DNA from: an uncultured bacterium
Lineage (GTDB): Bacteria; Babelota; Babeliae; Babelales; Vermiphilaceae
Direction: 5' to 3'
NCBI GenBank assembly: GCA_963695335.1
Contig: OY968764.1
Span: 864,001 to 928,000 of the forward strand
Length of the DNA: 64,000 nucleotides
Made by a program: the position numbers and the translations under genes. The notes beneath the pieces are model-generated. The model searched no databases. It was given only the letters and a program-made list of their open reading frames with translations, and had not been told where the DNA came from. The first letter of the stretch is position 1, and the number at the start of each line of letters is the position of its first letter. Below, in pieces: positions 20,204 to 29,533 of this stretch.

Positions 20204-21115
20204 ATGAGTATGCAAAAAGAAAACACAGATATGTTTTATCATAAAACGGTGATGGTGGATGAAGTTTTAGAATATCTTAATCCTCAACCGGATAAAATAT
20301 ATTGTGATGTTACATTTGGATCAGGCGGACATACAAAAGCTATTTTAAATAAGCAGCAAAAGTGTCGTGTAGTTGCGGTTGATTGGGATGCCACATCAAT
20401 TGACACATATGCGCCAGCTTTGGAAGAAAAATATCAGGATAGATTGCAAATATTGTGGGGTAATTTTTCAAACTTGTACCGATTATTGCAAAAAGCAAAA
20501 ATTGGCAAGGTTGATGGTATTCTTGCAGATTTTGGTACGTCGCAGATGCATATTAAAGAACGTGCAGGTTTTTCCTTTTCACGTGATACTGAGCTTGATA
20601 TGAGAATGTCTCCTGCACATCAGCAAATAACAGCCGAGCATGTTGTTAATAAATCTTCTGAAGAAAAATTATGTGAAATTTTTTGGCAATTGGGGCAAGA
20701 ATCTCATGCAAAAAAAATAGTAGCAGCAATTATTGAAGCTCGACAAAAAAGGCCGATTCACACAACACGTGAATTGGCTATGATTATTGAAAAAGTTGTT
20801 CCTCGTGGACGTTCAAAGATTCATCCAGCGACAAAAGTGTTTCAGGCATTACGTATGTTTGTTAATCAGGAATTGAATAACATCACAGGATTTTTGTCAG
20901 GGGCAATGCAAGTTTTGAAACCTGATGGGTTATTATTGTGCATATCTTTTCATTCTTTAGAAGATCGCATTGTTAAACAGTTCTTTAAAGATAAAGAGGA
21001 AGAAGGAAAACTGGAGATAATTACGAAGCATGTTGTTATACCAACAGCAGAAGAAATAACAAAAAATCCATCATCGCGGTCTGCAAAATTGAGGGTTGCG
21101 CGGTTGATTGGATAA
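20204..21115 (+). CDS. rsmH: 16S rRNA m4C1402 methyltransferase
   Basis: D.TFGSGGH, LDMRM, HPATKVFQALR, ISFHSLEDRIVK, NPSSRSAKLR. Confidence 0.96.
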   Translation: MSMQKENTDMFYHKTVMVDEVLEYLNPQPDKIYCDVTFGSGGHTKAILNKQQKCRVVAVDWDATSIDTYAPALEEKYQDRLQILWGNFSNLYRLLQKAKIGKVDGILADFGTSQMHIKERAGFSFSRDTELDMRMSPAHQQITAEHVVNKSSEEKLCEIFWQLGQESHAKKIVAAIIEARQKRPIHTTRELAMIIEKVVPRGRSKIHPATKVFQALRMFVNQELNNITGFLSGAMQVLKPDGLLLCISFHSLEDRIVKQFFKDKEEEGKLEIITKHVVIPTAEEITKNPSSRSAKLRVARLIG

Positions 21116-21170
21116 TTTTGTAAAAAAATGTGAAAAAAAGATGCATTTTGTTTGACAAAAAAATGTAATG

Positions 21171-23072
21171 CTATACATTAAAGTACGAGCGGTAAAGAAG
21201 CAAAAAACGATACTTATCCTTAAGGATTACAGCAATGGAAATAACGGAAGTTAAAGTATTTCCGGTAACGGATGGTGAAAAATTAAAAGCATATGCGACA
21301 ATAGTCTTTGACAATGCGTTTATTATTCGAGACCTCAAAGTTATTGAGGGAATCAAAGGGCTATTTGTTTCAATGCCATCACGCAAACGTAAAGATGGAA
21401 CATTTCGTGATGTTGTGCATCCCCTAAACCCAGAAACTCGCAGCATGATTGAAGAGCATGTTGTGCATGAATACAAAAAAGTTATGGATCTTGGTGGAGC
21501 GCATCCAGTATCGGATGAAGAGTAGTAGATAATAAATTTGATAATTTTCTTTTGGGGCGTGGCCAAGCGGTAAGGCAACAGGTTTTGGTCCTGTGATCGG
21601 AGGTTCGAATCCTTCCGCCCCAGCCATACATTACCATCGGTTGCTTTCTTGATAGCATCAAATGGTTTTTGTACGTCGTAGACGATGTTTTCATCTTGTA
21701 GGCGAATGTTCTGAAGTACAAGTGTAATTAATTGTCGTCTTTCTTCTAGTTCCGAACTTTCAAATAAATTAAATGCGTGCTTGGTAATTTCAAGCACGTG
21801 TTTTGTTGTGTTATAATAATTATCTTCAGCATCGTTAAGTTGGCTGAGTCGTAGATTGATATCTTCTTTCTGTGCTGTGAATGATGCATGAAACTTGTCG
21901 TATTGTTCGTCGCTAATCTTGTCTTTTAGTTTATCTATGTAGAGTTTATCCATTATGTTGGTAATAGTTTTCAGTTCTCCGGTAAATTTATCGAATTGAT
22001 TGTTATGAAATTCCATTTTATTTAGATGAAGTTCCTGAAGAGTTTCTGCAATCTCTTTCCGTATGTTATCCGGCATTTGAAGAGCTTTAAAAAATTCACC
22101 CAATTGTTTTGTTATTTCATCTTCTCTAATCCATTTTGCCCCGTGTTTGCCATTATATTGCGTGCAATGATAATAGACATGGCCCTTGTGGCGTTCAGGT
22201 GATATTGAGAGTCCACATTCATAGCAACGAATAAGGCCGCGATAGAAGAATGGTAGTCCGGCATATTTAAAAGGTTTCTTTTTGAAGCCATCTTTTATGT
22301 TCTGCACTTGTTGAAACAGTGATTGTGAGACAATAGGTGTATAGCAATGAGGATATGATTTACCTTTTACAATCATGGTTCCATGGTAAAAAGGATTCTG
22401 TAATATTTTAGCAAGATGAGACTTGAACCATGAAATTCCAAAATCAGTTTTGATTTTTTTGCAGAGTAATTCCATTGAATAGCCGCCTGTAGCATAGAGT
22501 TCAAAGGCTGTTTTTACTATAAAGCGATTATGTTCGTCTACAATGATAGCGGTTTTTTCATTTTCAAGTTTAATGTTTTTGTAACCGAATGGTGCTTTCC
22601 CGAGCCATTCTCCTTTGCGTAACTTTTGTTCTTGTGCTCGCTTTACGTTATCGCTGATTGCATCTGAATAATACTTTGCGAGGCCTAGGCTCATGCTAAA
22701 TGTAAATTTCTCAGTAGCAGATATTTTGCTGCTCAATATTTGTCCGTCAGAAACAAAATGTATTTCTATTTCGTCACTGAGCGCTTTTTCATAAAGTAGG
22801 GAAATGCGTTTATCGAAAACGTTTCTTGAAAGACGGTCAACCTTATCAAAACAAACGATGACCTTTTCTTTTTGTTCGAGAATGAAATCTACAATGCGAT
22901 CGAATGCGTCGCGTTGATTCTTGTATGCACTTTCATCGAAGCTGCATAGTCTGACAATCTCGAAATTTTTGTTTTTACAGTAATTTTGAAGGCGTGCTTC
23001 TTGAGCAGGAAGTGAGTTGCCGGCTTCACGTTGTTCTTCTGTGGATACTCTTGCTATAATAATTGCTTTCAT
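21171..23072 (-). CDS. Large serine recombinase (integrase). In the integrated state its last 149 aa are antisense tRNA/spoVG read-through; the native C-terminus lies at 30702-30797
   Basis: ARVST catalytic Ser, KVDRLSR, APFGY, zinc ribbon C..CG...YYHC, coiled coil. Confidence 0.92.
   Translation of the reverse strand: MKAIIIARVSTEEQREAGNSLPAQEARLQNYCKNKNFEIVRLCSFDESAYKNQRDAFDRIVDFILEQKEKVIVCFDKVDRLSRNVFDKRISLLYEKALSDEIEIHFVSDGQILSSKISATEKFTFSMSLGLAKYYSDAISDNVKRAQEQKLRKGEWLGKAPFGYKNIKLENEKTAIIVDEHNRFIVKTAFELYATGGYSMELLCKKIKTDFGISWFKSHLAKILQNPFYHGTMIVKGKSYPHCYTPIVSQSLFQQVQNIKDGFKKKPFKYAGLPFFYRGLIRCYECGLSISPERHKGHVYYHCTQYNGKHGAKWIREDEITKQLGEFFKALQMPDNIRKEIAETLQELHLNKMEFHNNQFDKFTGELKTITNIMDKLYIDKLKDKISDEQYDKFHASFTAQKEDINLRLSQLNDAEDNYYNTTKHVLEITKHAFNLFESSELEERRQLITLVLQNIRLQDENIVYDVQKPFDAIKKATDGNVWLGRKDSNLRSQDQNLLPYRLATPQKKIIKFIIYYSSSDTGCAPPRSITFLYSCTTCSSIMLRVSGFRGCTTSRNVPSLRLRDGIETNSPLIPSITLRSRIINALSKTIVAYAFNFSPSVTGNTLTSVISIAVILKDKYRFLLLYRSYFNV
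21235..21525 (+). CDS. spoVG: SpoVG family nucleic-acid-binding regulator
   Basis: MEITEVKV...KLKAYATIVFDNAF...GLFVSMPSRKRKDGTFRDVVHP. Confidence 0.95.
   Translation: MEITEVKVFPVTDGEKLKAYATIVFDNAFIIRDLKVIEGIKGLFVSMPSRKRKDGTFRDVVHPLNPETRSMIEEHVVHEYKKVMDLGGAHPVSDEE
21553..21626 (+). tRNA. tRNA-Gln (anticodon TTG)
   Basis: Cloverleaf tggggcg...; anticodon arm acagg-ttTTGgt-cctgt; GGTTCGAATCC T-arm; encoded CCA end. Confidence 0.96.
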
Positions 23073-23223
23073 GCTGCTCTGATTTGTTAAGGAAGTTTAA
23101 AAATGGTTTAGAACTATTATTGTAGCATGAAGAAATATCAGTTGCTATGTTATAAATTAGGGTATATTTATTTTTGGGGAATCAATGATTTTTCTACTAA
23201 AATGAAATATCGGTGATAATTTT

Positions 23224-23785
23224 TTATAAGATAAGACTATCGTATGTACTCTCGTGACCAAGAGACTTAGTCGTTGCGCCTACTTTATTACCATTGAACT
23301 CACGCATTTTTAAATACATGTCTTCTCGGTAATCTAGCTCATCAAGAGATAGGCCTTTATATCCTCGATGTGGAACCTTTTGGACATGTTTACAATATTC
23401 TAAAAGGTGAAGGGCTCTATTTTTCTTTACACGTAAGTAAGGAAGAATATTTTGAATGAACTCTGCCACTCGGTTCTTATCTCTCATATACCAATGATAA
23501 ATTGGTTTTGAGTTAGGTCTACTTTTGCGAGCGCCATCGATGTGTACATAACCGAATTTCATTTCATTGACTATAAAGTCAATCGCTTCTGGTTCAATCA
23601 TTGCTATTTTAATACCAGGCAAATAAGTAATAGCCCAATTTTCTACAGTCTTTGGAAACTCCAAAGCTCTGTCAGTTGTTCTATTTTTAGTCTTACGCTT
23701 ATGTTTAAATATCATAAAGCACCCATCTGCATCCATTATTCCTGCTATATACGCCCAATGCGTTTTGCTCTGGTTATTAATGCAT
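23224..23785 (-). CDS. Single-motif LAGLIDADG homing endonuclease; start apparently frameshifted
   Basis: The frame upstream of the track start reads NNQSKTHWAYIAGIMDADG; ILPYLRVKK motif; nearest ATG (ATGCATTAA) is out of frame. Confidence 0.75.
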
Positions 23786-23897
23786 AAATATCCTTTAATG
23801 TTTGTTGTATCTATATCGTGATGGCATACATTGATATTTATGTTTAGACTTTTCGTGTAATCGCTCTCGGTTTAATGCCCCAATATTAACTGGCTAA
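23228..23897 (-). ncRNA. Group I intron remnant containing the LAGLIDADG ORF (boundaries approximate)
   Basis: Minus strand: P3 CCGAGAG (23870-23864) pairs with CTCTTGG (23264-23258); GCAACGACTA pairs with CGATAGTC as P7; 5' hairpin gcccc/ggggc. Confidence 0.6.
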
Positions 23898-23941
23898 AGG
23901 GGCAGAAAGCGTTGTAGGTGTAGTTAATATATATACACTCC

Positions 23942-25174
23942 TTACGTAGCTTTTTTTTGTTCAAACCAGGTTTCGATTTTTTTTCTATGCTGGTATGCAG
24001 AACAATTAAAGCATTGTTTGCCAGGTTTAATGTTTGGAAGTTCAGGTGATGTTATGCATTGTAAAATTTCATCTAGTGTTTCTTCGATCCATGAATAATC
24101 AATCGAGACTTTTATAACTGTAGTTTGAAACTTTAGCTTTCGTTGGTACGTATCAATCGTGCTAAAAGGGTTAAAAACATATTCATTTGAAGAAGTAGTT
24201 TTGCCGAGTATAACATCTGTATAGTCATATGTTGATATAACAGGTTTATCTAATATTAAATAGCCAATATCACTTGTATGAAAGTTATTTTTGTTCAACA
24301 GATAAGAGTAAAAAGAAATTTGTCGTCTATAGGATGCGCCTAGCGCATCATCTATGCTTATCATGTCTTTGGATGTTGTTTTAAAGTCAACAACAATAAG
24401 TTGTCCTGATTGATTTTGTAATACTTCGTCAATGATTCCAGTTAGAATGAAATTACGAGACTTATCATGAAACCTAATTCCGCCTTGCCCATAGTGTGAA
24501 TTTTGCCATATTGGTATATCTTTGTGATTAAATGGAATGGCTGAAATTCTCTCGCTCATTAGTATAGGATGAGCTTTTTCTACCTGTCGACATTGGTGAA
24601 ATTCATCTTTTAGGAGATTGTCATTTGCATTAGAAAGCGTAAATTTATCGTTATCGTAATCTCTTTTAATTTGACATTTTTTGACAAGATAAAAACATCG
24701 CTTGCAATCGAAATATGATTTAATATCATTGTGGCTGATGGTAATAGATTCGGTGATAGATCTATTTAATGGTAATGAATCAACGACGTCTGTAACTGTT
24801 AGGCCAAGCACATCGATGTATGAACGAATTTTTAAGAATTTTATAGAAAGTTCGAATTCTGGATGATCATTATTTACTTGAATGGGATATCGTTTTTCAT
24901 AGTATTGACCCGATATGTCATGATGCAAAATAAAGCTTAAAGCATAATGATCCAGGTCATAAACGACTTGTTGTTTTATGAAAAGATTATTTTTGATAAG
25001 TTCATTATTTATCGTATTGATGAGATTGGTATAGTCAGCATCAAAATCTTTATGAGTGAGAGTTATAGGTTCTGTTTTAATTCTCTGAGTTGCTTCCCAT
25101 AATTCGTTATAGGATGGATTATCAGCAAGTTCAAAAAAGAAACAAGGAAGGTTTCGGCGAATGTGTTTTTCCAT
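23942..25174 (-). CDS. PD-(D/E)XK nuclease, RecB/Cas4-like, with extra N-terminal domain
   Basis: DCKRCFY, GIIDEVL, IVVDFKT, QISFYSYLL, C-terminal QCFNC. Confidence 0.8.
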   Translation of the reverse strand: MEKHIRRNLPCFFFELADNPSYNELWEATQRIKTEPITLTHKDFDADYTNLINTINNELIKNNLFIKQQVVYDLDHYALSFILHHDISGQYYEKRYPIQVNNDHPEFELSIKFLKIRSYIDVLGLTVTDVVDSLPLNRSITESITISHNDIKSYFDCKRCFYLVKKCQIKRDYDNDKFTLSNANDNLLKDEFHQCRQVEKAHPILMSERISAIPFNHKDIPIWQNSHYGQGGIRFHDKSRNFILTGIIDEVLQNQSGQLIVVDFKTTSKDMISIDDALGASYRRQISFYSYLLNKNNFHTSDIGYLILDKPVISTYDYTDVILGKTTSSNEYVFNPFSTIDTYQRKLKFQTTVIKVSIDYSWIEETLDEILQCITSPELPNIKPGKQCFNCSAYQHRKKIETWFEQKKAT

Positions 25175-25409
25175 AGAATATTTAGTTTAAGGATTACCAA
25201 TTTAATAAGTATCTTCAAAACTAAACTCATCTTTAAATAATAAAGCTTAATTGCTATAAAATAAGCTTTATTATTAATAAAGTATAAACAAATTGTTAAT
25301 ATTTGTCGAGTAAATTATTTATATTAACAAATTAAATACGAACAATATTGATTGGGTAATGAAAGATTTTTATGTTATTTTCTATATATTTCGATAAAGG
25401 AGGTCTGCG

Positions 25410-26042
25410 GTGACTCATTGGGGATGGTATTGGAAAATAAAAAAGAAACATTTAGCAAAAAAAAATTGTTCTTCTATGGTAAAAATAGATTCGTTTCATC
25501 TCTATAAAAATAATATGATGACGGGATTTAGGGTTGATCCACTTGATATTAATGCTGAGCCAGAGCCAAATTTTTTAAAGATTGTCTATGGGAAACGTAA
25601 AGAGCATTCTTATATAATTCGAGTTGCCAGATTATCTTGTAATTACGGTGGATTTAGAAGTTATTTTCGATGTCCTTTGTGTGATAAACGCATGAGATTT
25701 CTTTATTTTGCAGAGAGAAGTATTTTTCTATGTCGTAAGTGTTTAAACCTTGGATATGACACTCAGCGTTTTAGGCCTACTATGCGATATGAGTATATTA
25801 GTCAAAAGGTGAAGAAGTTTGTGCGGAATAAAGGTGGAGATTTGGATTGTTATAAAAAACCACCTCGCATGCATGAGGATACGTACCAAAGACTTAAAAG
25901 TAAGCAATTTTACTATGAACATAAATCATATCAGGCAACTAATCAGGAACTTCGTAGATGGCATGGTAAAAAAATGGAAACATATTTGGATAGTTTTTTC
26001 GATTATGTTGATGAGTCCAAAGATTGGCGTAAAATAACCTAA
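25410..26042 (+). CDS. Zinc-finger-type hypothetical protein of integrated elements
   Basis: GGFRSYFRCPLC...FLCRKCLNLGY.TQ...KPPRMH..TY.RL; ggagg RBS. Confidence 0.7.
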   Translation: MTHWGWYWKIKKKHLAKKNCSSMVKIDSFHLYKNNMMTGFRVDPLDINAEPEPNFLKIVYGKRKEHSYIIRVARLSCNYGGFRSYFRCPLCDKRMRFLYFAERSIFLCRKCLNLGYDTQRFRPTMRYEYISQKVKKFVRNKGGDLDCYKKPPRMHEDTYQRLKSKQFYYEHKSYQATNQELRRWHGKKMETYLDSFFDYVDESKDWRKIT

Positions 26043-26069
26043 TGGACTAACACTACGAAGTATTGATAT

Positions 26070-26246
26070 GTTGAATAAAATTGAAGCAGGTTGATGTTGT
26101 TATCAATTCATATAATGGTTTTACAAAAGGGTTTTTTTGACTGTTTCATATAAAGGTTGAAATATTGAATCCCCCCGTTAGTTTTGATGGCAAAAGGAAT
26201 AGGGGGGCTGTATTCAATTCTTCAACTTAGATTGTTTTGTGGATAA
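26070..26246. promoter_or_regulatory. Candidate replication origin of the integrated element
   Basis: Three GTTGAA-n-ATTGAA motifs, two forming an inverted pair around C6/G6 tracts; perfect DnaA box at 26238-26246; directly downstream of the primase. Confidence 0.45.
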
Positions 26247-26290
26247 AAAGGTTTTGATACTACTGCTTTGTTTACGATTGAGAGTTAGGT

Positions 26291-28636
26291 TCAATTGTTT
26301 TCAGGCTCATCAATTATGTAATATTCATCGTCCTTTTTTTTCTTACCTTCTTTACATATAAGTTTGCCTTGGTCAACAAGCTCGCTCAATATAGGGTCAT
26401 ATTCCTTGGCTCCGCCATCAAATTGTTTTGAGGTTAATATTGTTTGGCGCGTTACGGTTTTTTTATCTTGGATACGTTTACTAATCCAGTTTATTAAGGT
26501 GCGACATTTTCGTTGGTGATGCGATTCTCCAAATTCTTGTTCTAAAAATCCAATAGTAGATTTAATTGCAGGGTTGAGGAAATGAAAAGCCTTTATTATT
26601 GCATCTCCCGATATTTCTATACTGTTGTGATCTATAAAAAGTTGCATTATCATTGCGATTTTTAGAAGAGCAGGACTCCATCTTTTTAGATATGGTTGAA
26701 TCAGTTTAATCGTTTTATCGTTGCAAGCTCGTGCTGCACAATAAATAAGTATATGGTAACTATGAAAGATTCTTCTTGCATCTGGAGTTAGAGAAAAGGA
26801 TCGTTCTTCTCCTATAGATGTGATAATACGGTCTATATACATTTTGAAAGTCATTTCTTGATTCTCATCAGATACTGCCTGACGAAAAGGCAATGCCGGT
26901 GGAATTTTATCGTTGGATGGTGGAGTTAGTATAATGAGTCGAGCAAAAAAACCGCTTGGAATATCACTCAATTTCATATTTTCTTGAATCCAAGATGCTG
27001 TAGATACACCACAAATCGATATGAAGGGTTTTTTTAATATACAATCTCCTTGTGTTTTAGTTTTATAGCGATAACATGTGGGCACATCATAGAGCTCTGT
27101 CATAATAGCTTTGAAATCATTGTTATGTGTTTTATCCAGGTTTTGTAACCATCCTCCAAATTCACTGGCGAAGATAACCCCTTTATGCTCTTGGGCTAAG
27201 TATTCCAAAAGAGCTTCAGCGGTTATTTTAGTTGGAAGGATAATATTTTCTCTTGATTTGTTTAATTGTTCTTCGGTTAAAGAGCTTTGTTGTTGTGATC
27301 CTGTTTGCAATTCTTTTATTTGAGCAAGTATCTGTGTTTGCAAGTCATAGGCAAGCTTTGCTCCTTTATTGAGAGCGGTGGTTTTGAATTGTCCGCTATT
27401 TGCAATACAAAGAATCCAAAGATTGCTATAAAGAGTTTGGAAGTATTCTCCTTCTGGTATAAAAACTTTGGTGCCTAAATAACCAGACATCATAGAGATT
27501 ACGGATGCTGTAATTATAATTGGATGTGCGTTAGTGGTCTTTTGTATTGACGATATATATTCTCTGAGTGGAGTAGGAAATTTTTTTAATTCAAATTTTT
27601 TGCATGGATCATTGTCACTGAGAAAGTGTTCTCGAGCAACTCTTTTGCCGGCTTCGCTTTTGGCATAGGCTTGAATGAGTTGCTCTCTTACTTCATCAAT
27701 GCCTGCTATTTGAGCAAGATCATTAAAATCAGTGGCATCTTGTTTTTTTTGGTTTGGAAACTCAGGTATAACAAACGAGCAGTCATTAAATTTATTGATT
27801 GCGTCATGAGCTTTCATTGTGCCTATTTCATCATTATCTGCGGCAACAATAAAGATTCTTTGAGGGAATCTTTTTTTTAAATTATCCAGAACTACTGAGA
27901 TATTACCCGCATCAAATGCTACAATTGTTGGTTTTTTGATTGCTTCGTAAATAGATGCACATGTTGCATAACCTTCGCCAATGAACATGACATGTTTATC
28001 ATCAGTTAAATTGCCTATTAAATGGTAGTTTCCTTTTTTCTCGCCACCAGGAAAAAATTTTTTACATGTTTTTCCTTCTTCCATGGAAATAAATTGTAAA
28101 GATCGTAGTTCATCTTCATTATTATACAGAGGAATAACAAGAGAGGGGTATCCTTGTAGATTATTGCTAAATCTGACGGTATTGCTTGGTTCAATACCTT
28201 TGACACTGATGTATTGTAGGTAGTCATTTGTAGATGGCGTTATGGAACATTGCTCCCAAAAGCTTTGAGCTGATTTTGCAGCTTTTTCTTGGTTTTCACG
28301 AATATTATTTTCTGTCTTTAATATATTGAGGCGAGCAATTTCTTTTAATTCTGCGCGTTCGTCATCATTAACAGAAGTGTCTTGATCAAAAGATTTATAT
28401 GTATGTTTTATTCCATCTTTCCATGACGCAAAAACAACATTCAAGAAATGGTTACCTTGAGATGAAGTGCCTTCATAGGCAATATACCATTCATCTTTTT
28501 TATGTTTATTATTGTTGCTTGAGTATCGATGAATTTTAGCATCAGTAATAAGATCACCATCAAAGGTGAGGCCCTTCTCTGCCATATATGATTTACAATT
28601 TTCTTTTAAATTAAATCTTTTTTCGATATTATGCAT
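26291..28636 (-). CDS. Toprim primase fused to DUF3987-like helicase/ATPase
   Basis: LRSLQFI, IGEGYATCAS, AADND, TDFNDL, then NSGQFKTT, TAEALL, SEFGGW. Confidence 0.88.
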   Translation of the reverse strand: MHNIEKRFNLKENCKSYMAEKGLTFDGDLITDAKIHRYSSNNNKHKKDEWYIAYEGTSSQGNHFLNVVFASWKDGIKHTYKSFDQDTSVNDDERAELKEIARLNILKTENNIRENQEKAAKSAQSFWEQCSITPSTNDYLQYISVKGIEPSNTVRFSNNLQGYPSLVIPLYNNEDELRSLQFISMEEGKTCKKFFPGGEKKGNYHLIGNLTDDKHVMFIGEGYATCASIYEAIKKPTIVAFDAGNISVVLDNLKKRFPQRIFIVAADNDEIGTMKAHDAINKFNDCSFVIPEFPNQKKQDATDFNDLAQIAGIDEVREQLIQAYAKSEAGKRVAREHFLSDNDPCKKFELKKFPTPLREYISSIQKTTNAHPIIITASVISMMSGYLGTKVFIPEGEYFQTLYSNLWILCIANSGQFKTTALNKGAKLAYDLQTQILAQIKELQTGSQQQSSLTEEQLNKSRENIILPTKITAEALLEYLAQEHKGVIFASEFGGWLQNLDKTHNNDFKAIMTELYDVPTCYRYKTKTQGDCILKKPFISICGVSTASWIQENMKLSDIPSGFFARLIILTPPSNDKIPPALPFRQAVSDENQEMTFKMYIDRIITSIGEERSFSLTPDARRIFHSYHILIYCAARACNDKTIKLIQPYLKRWSPALLKIAMIMQLFIDHNSIEISGDAIIKAFHFLNPAIKSTIGFLEQEFGESHHQRKCRTLINWISKRIQDKKTVTRQTILTSKQFDGGAKEYDPILSELVDQGKLICKEGKKKKDDEYYIIDEPENN

Positions 28637-28698
28637 GTCAGTTCCTATTAAGTGTGAGCCACTGAAGATGATGCTTCAGTGGCTTCTTTTTGGTTATA

Positions 28699-28971
28699 TT
28701 AAGTGAGTATGATTAATTTTTGTAGGACTTCGCATGAAAAATTGTGCTGTTCATTTGAATCGATCAAACCATACGAGCAAAACAATATGAGATTTTCGCT
28801 GTCGCAGCTTTCGATAGATGCTATGTACGATCCTGGATTATCTTTTTTCTTTAAGTGATGTCTTTGTCCATCGGTATATAAGCGCCCTAGTAGTACAAAC
28901 CCTTTTTTCTCCATGTCCCGTCTTGTTAGAAACTTGAAGTAGGGTAGATAGTTAGTTTGTATTATATTCAT
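28699..28971 (-). CDS. Hypothetical protein of the integrated element
   Basis: 90-aa ORF co-oriented with the primase; gagg RBS. Confidence 0.5.
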   Translation of the reverse strand: MNIIQTNYLPYFKFLTRRDMEKKGFVLLGRLYTDGQRHHLKKKDNPGSYIASIESCDSENLILFCSYGLIDSNEQHNFSCEVLQKLIILT

Positions 28972-29108
28972 TGTTTCTTCCTCTGGTGCGCTTGTTGTGC
29001 TGTAGGAGTTATCTTTTCCCTATGGTCTATTTGAATCAAAAGTTGGAAGAATGAAATGAGTCTTTGTTTTTCTTCAGGCGTGAGTTTTGTTGGGATTGCA
29101 TTACTTAC
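28968..29108 (-). CDS. Small hypothetical protein (non-canonical or mutated start)
   Basis: aggag RBS, then open frame ...LTPEEKQRLISFFQLLIQIDHREK..., with stop overlapping the next ATG. Confidence 0.35.
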   Translation of the reverse strand, partial: VSNAIPTKLTPEEKQRLISFFQLLIQIDHREKITPTAQQAHQRKKQ

Positions 29109-29126
29109 TAATTCTCCTTTATTCAT

Positions 29127-29369
29127 TTAGTATTCCTTGGTGTAAATATCTGCGCCATTGTGGGCATGCATGCGGTCTTCAAGGAATGTAAGGACTGCTT
29201 TTTTTGGATACAAAATTTTGTGTTTCAGCTTGATGTAAGCGGGACTATTTGATCGTTTTCTGGCTAGATATGCTGCATCAATTGATGCATAGATTCCCAG
29301 ATATACGAGGTCTTGTGCTGATAAGAATTCGTTCATTTGGTTGAGCTTGTCTGATAAAGCATTATTCAT
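29127..29369 (-). CDS. AlpA/excisionase-like winged-HTH protein
   Basis: EFLSAQDL...R.R.NSPAYIKL..KILYPK..V..FLE pattern; upstream of the primase. Confidence 0.65.
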   Translation of the reverse strand: MNNALSDKLNQMNEFLSAQDLVYLGIYASIDAAYLARKRSNSPAYIKLKHKILYPKKAVLTFLEDRMHAHNGADIYTKEY

Positions 29370-29533
29370 GGAAAGCCTCTTTATTTAAGAGAGTTCAATG
29401 AAGATGTGAGAGGAAATGCTTTAGGATATATATACAAAAAAATGTATATATTATATATTGATATTGTTATGAGGGTAACAATCCCAAAACATTAGAAAGC
29501 CAGTGAGTTGCCGCTTACTGGTTTTCGCTCTTC

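Noticed and set aside
21171..21620. C-terminal 149 aa of the recombinase as a real domain
   Set aside because: It is antisense read-through of tRNA-Gln and spoVG created by integration.
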